Positions 60,052-64,000 of a stretch of 64,000 nucleotides of DNA are shown here, one piece after another; the stretch's first letter is position 1; every line of letters starts with the position of its first letter. Source of the stretch: Eledone cirrhosa (taxonomy: Eukaryota); NCBI GenBank assembly GCA_964016885.1, contig OZ024753.1, positions 39,122,001 to 39,186,000 on the forward strand, in the 5' to 3' direction. The notes beneath the pieces were generated by a model. It was not told where the DNA came from and did not search any database. It saw only the letters and a program-made list of their open reading frames with translations. A program made the translations under genes and the position numbers.

Positions 60052-60333
60052 TATAAATATATATATATGCATATGTGTGTGTGTGTAAATATGTATGTAT
60101 GTAAGTATTTATATATATGTGTGTCCGAGTGCGTGTCGTTGTGTTTGGTGTGTAATGGCGAGGAAAGAAAGACTGATTCTTGCAAATGAAATGGTTTAAT
60201 TAAGCGTTGAATTACTTCAGTATGGAAGGAATATCCTCTTTGACATACACCCACACATACACACTCTCAAACACACATACCAAATACGCAGACATGCACA
60301 CATAATATATATATGAACATACATACTCACATA

Positions 60334-60411
<78 letters not shown>

Positions 60412-60616
60412 TATGTATATGTATGTATTTATATATATATACATATAAATGTATATATATATATATATATGTTTATATATATATGTTTATATATATATAT
60501 ATGTTTATATATATATATATGAATATATGTATATATATACATATATATATATTTATTATATATATATATATGTGTGTGTGTGTATGCATATATGTATGTT
60601 TTAATATATATATATG

Positions 60617-60672
<56 letters not shown>

Positions 60673-60712
60673 TATGTATATATATATATATATACATGCG
60701 TATATATGTATG

Positions 60713-60787
<75 letters not shown>

Positions 60788-61608
60788 GTATATATATATA
60801 TATGCAGTTCTGGATTCTTCGATTAATAAATAGGTTTTATAATTTCGCTATCTTACTAGTATAGAAACATTAGCGTCGAGATAAATTTGTCTCTTATTTT
60901 ATCTAATCCTAGCTTTTGATTTGTCACAGTATCCTTTGATTGACATATAAACCCAACCAAGTTGATCCTGAACGTCTGTTGATAATTTTGTTTACTAACT
61001 GCAATGATTAAATAGGATAAGATGTAATCAGTAAGAGAAAGTAACGATCTTTGATGTCGAATGAGCTTGTAAGTGCAACTCTTCAGTGACTGCCCGTCGC
61101 CCGCAAACCATTCCACAACACCCACCTCGTTCGTTCTCTCCACTTCCCACCCGCCTGCAAAACAGAGGACACGTGTGATCTGGTGGTTTACATCCCACTT
61201 TATCCAACAGTCTAGATGATTAAAACCCTGTCATAGAAATGAGAAAAGTTGTAGTGTCATAGCTTAGAAAGCTATCATACATTTGGCGTACATTGAAATC
61301 AGAGAGTCGCGTCTATTACACTCGCTCTAAAGATGAAAAGACCGTGTGATAAGCGATAAAACCAAAGTAATTAACTCGCGAATTGAAGGGCTCACAAATG
61401 AAAATAACGCTGTTACAAAGAAAGGCCATCTTACAAGTGGCTGGCTTGTAGCAGGGTTATAAATTGATCTGCCTGCCATGAAATGGTCGACTCAATGGTG
61501 GAGGTTTGTTTGTCAGGGGGCAAGCATATATATATATATATATATATGTGTGTGTATGTGTGTGTGTGTAAGTATGTTTGTATATATATATGTGTGTGTG
61601 TGTGTATA

Positions 61609-61690
<82 letters not shown>

Positions 61691-61738
61691 TATATATGTA
61701 TATATAAATATATATATGTATATATATATATATGTATG

Positions 61739-61852
<114 letters not shown>

Positions 61853-61854
61853 TA

Positions 61855-61940
<86 letters not shown>

Positions 61941-62339
61941 TGTGTGTGTGTATGTATGTTTATATATATATATATACATATGCGTGTGTGTGTATGTAAT
62001 TAAATCCCTCTCCCCCACCTCATAACTTTCTCTCACTTTCAATATGTCTATACATGTGTGTGTTTTTTAGAGAGAGAGACAGATTGAGAGAAATACATAG
62101 AGAGAGAGAGAGAGAGTGATTGAGAGAAATACATAGAGAGAGAGTGAGTGATTGAGAGAAATACATAGAGCGAGAGAGGGGGGTGTATTACATGCTATCT
62201 TTACATCATTTTTGTTGATGCTGGTAATAGTGGTCATGGCGATAGTGGTTATGGTAGATGGAGGTTATCAGAGTGCTGGCTGTGGTTGTGTGTATTGTAG
62301 TGATGGTGGCGGGGGTGCTGGTAGCGTGAGTGCTCGTTT

Positions 62340-63432
62340 GTGGTGGTGGTGGTGGTGGTGGTGGTGGTGGTGGTAGATCTTGTGGTGATGATGATGGCAG
62401 CGTTAGTGTTCGTTCGTGGTGGTGGTGGTGGTGGTGGTGGTGGTGGTGGTGGTGGTGATGGTGGTAGACCTTGTGGTGATGATGATGGCAGCGTTAGTGT
62501 TCGTTCGTGGTGGTGGTGGTGGTGGTGGTAGTAGACCTTGCGGTGATGATGATGGTAGCGTTAGTGTTCGTGGTGGTGGTGGTGGTGGTGGTGGTGGTGG
62601 TGGTAGTAGACCTTGTGGTGATGATGATGGTAGCGTTAGTGTTCGTGGTGGTGGTGGTGGTGGTGGTGGTGGTGGTGGTAGTAGACCTTGCGGTGATGAT
62701 GATGGTAGCGTTAGTGTTCGTGGTGGTGGTGGTGGTGGTGGTGGTGGTGGTAGTAGACCTTGTGGTGATGATGATGGTAGCGTTAGTGTTCGTTCGTGGT
62801 GGTGGTGGTGGTGGTGGTGGTGGTGGTAGTAGACCTTGTGATGATGATGATGGTAGCGTTAGTGTTCGTTCGTGGTGGTGGTGGTGGTGGTGGTGGTGGT
62901 GGTAGTAGACCTTGTGGTGATGATGATGGTAGCGTTAGTGTTCGTGGTGGTGGTGGTGGTGGTGGTGGTGGTGGTAGTAGACCTTGCGGTGATGATGATG
63001 GTAGCGTTAGTGTTCGTGGTGGTGGTGGTGGTGGTGGTGGTGGTGGTAGTAGACCTTGTGGTGATGATGATGGTAGCGTTAGTGTTCGTTCGTGGTGGTG
63101 GTGGTGGTGGTGGTGGTGGTGGTAGTAGACCTTGTGATGATGATGATGGTAGCGTTAGTGTTCGTTCGTGGTGGTGGTGGTGGTGGTGGTGGTGGTGGTA
63201 GTAGACCTTGTGGTGATGATGATGGTAGCGTTAGTGTTCATTGGTGGTGGTGGTGGTAGTAGACCTTGCGGTGATGATGATGGTAGCGTTAGTGCTCATT
63301 CGTGGTGGTGGTGGTGGTGGTGGTGGTGGTGGTGGTGGTGGTGGTGGTAGACCTTGTGGTGATGATGATGGTAGCGTTAGTGTTCGTTCGTGGTAGTAGT
63401 AGTGTTGGTGGTAGACCTTGCGGTGATGATGA
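62340..63432 (+). repeat. Compound minisatellite: ~15 constant ~40-bp units separated by (TGG)n
   Basis: agaccttg(t/c)ggtgatgatgatggtagcgttagtgttcg(ttcg). Confidence 0.95.
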
Positions 63433-63704
63433 TGTGATGTATTTGATGGTCATAGGAGTGGTGGTTGTTGTGGTGATGATGATAGTAATGGTAGTGATGG
63501 TGGCGGTGCTGATGGTAGAGTTTGTAATTCTGGTGGTGCGGTGAGGGCGGTGTTGGGGTCACTAGTGGTGGTAGTGGTGTTTTGTTCTTCTCTTATATAT
63601 TGTTTGTTTTACATCATGTTTCGCTTTATAGTAATATATATATATATATATATATGTGTGTATATATGTATATATATATATATGTATATATATGTATATA
63701 TGTG

Positions 63705-63735
<31 letters not shown>

Positions 63736-63894
63736 ATACGTGTGTGTTCGTGTGTGTTTGTGTGCGCGTCTGTCTGTTGTGTATATGTGTGTTCGTGCTT
63801 GTGTGATTGTGTTTGTATCTCTGTGTGTATGTGTGTATGTGTATTTTTATGTGTGTTCGTGTGTTTGTCTGCCTGTCTGTATCTGCATGTGTGT

Positions 63895-63927
<33 letters not shown>

Positions 63928-64000
63928 AACGTGTGTTTTTTTGTGTGTGTGTGTATGTATGCTTGTTTGTGTGTGTGTGTGTGAACGTGTGTGTGTGTGA

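Noticed and set aside
62340-63432. CRISPR-like array
   Set aside because: Spacers are only (TGG)n, there are no cas genes, and the context is eukaryotic.

Overview
This is AT-rich, microsatellite-saturated animal DNA. The SINE repertoire suggests a coleoid cephalopod, probably Octopus (inference). I can support no intact host gene: the ORF track is almost entirely translated (TA)n, (CA)n, (TAG)n, (CAT)n and similar tracts. The interpretable content is mobile DNA. (1) About 20 copies of a tRNA-headed SINE with a Nin/Deu-like body, several with clear TSDs. (2) tRNA-Arg/CORE-like SINEs, one seen as both a filled and an empty site within the window. (3) 3' relics of Tx1-, CRE- and Vingi/Ingi-like LINEs, with the Tx1 copies sitting at (TATC)n tracts. 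(4) MITEs and a Helitron end. (5) The most notable system: at least six sequence-distinct families of short inserts in (TA)n tracts that carry minimal type-I hammerhead ribozyme motifs (intact or partial). They form fold-back palindromes with one long 'tailed' arm and one arm cut at a fixed point, and five families share an ACTC..GAGT-type stem at the start of the tail. These look like Penelope-like retroelement termini or non-autonomous derivatives that target TA microsatellites. All alignments and folds were done by eye; family names come from recalled motifs and need database confirmation.
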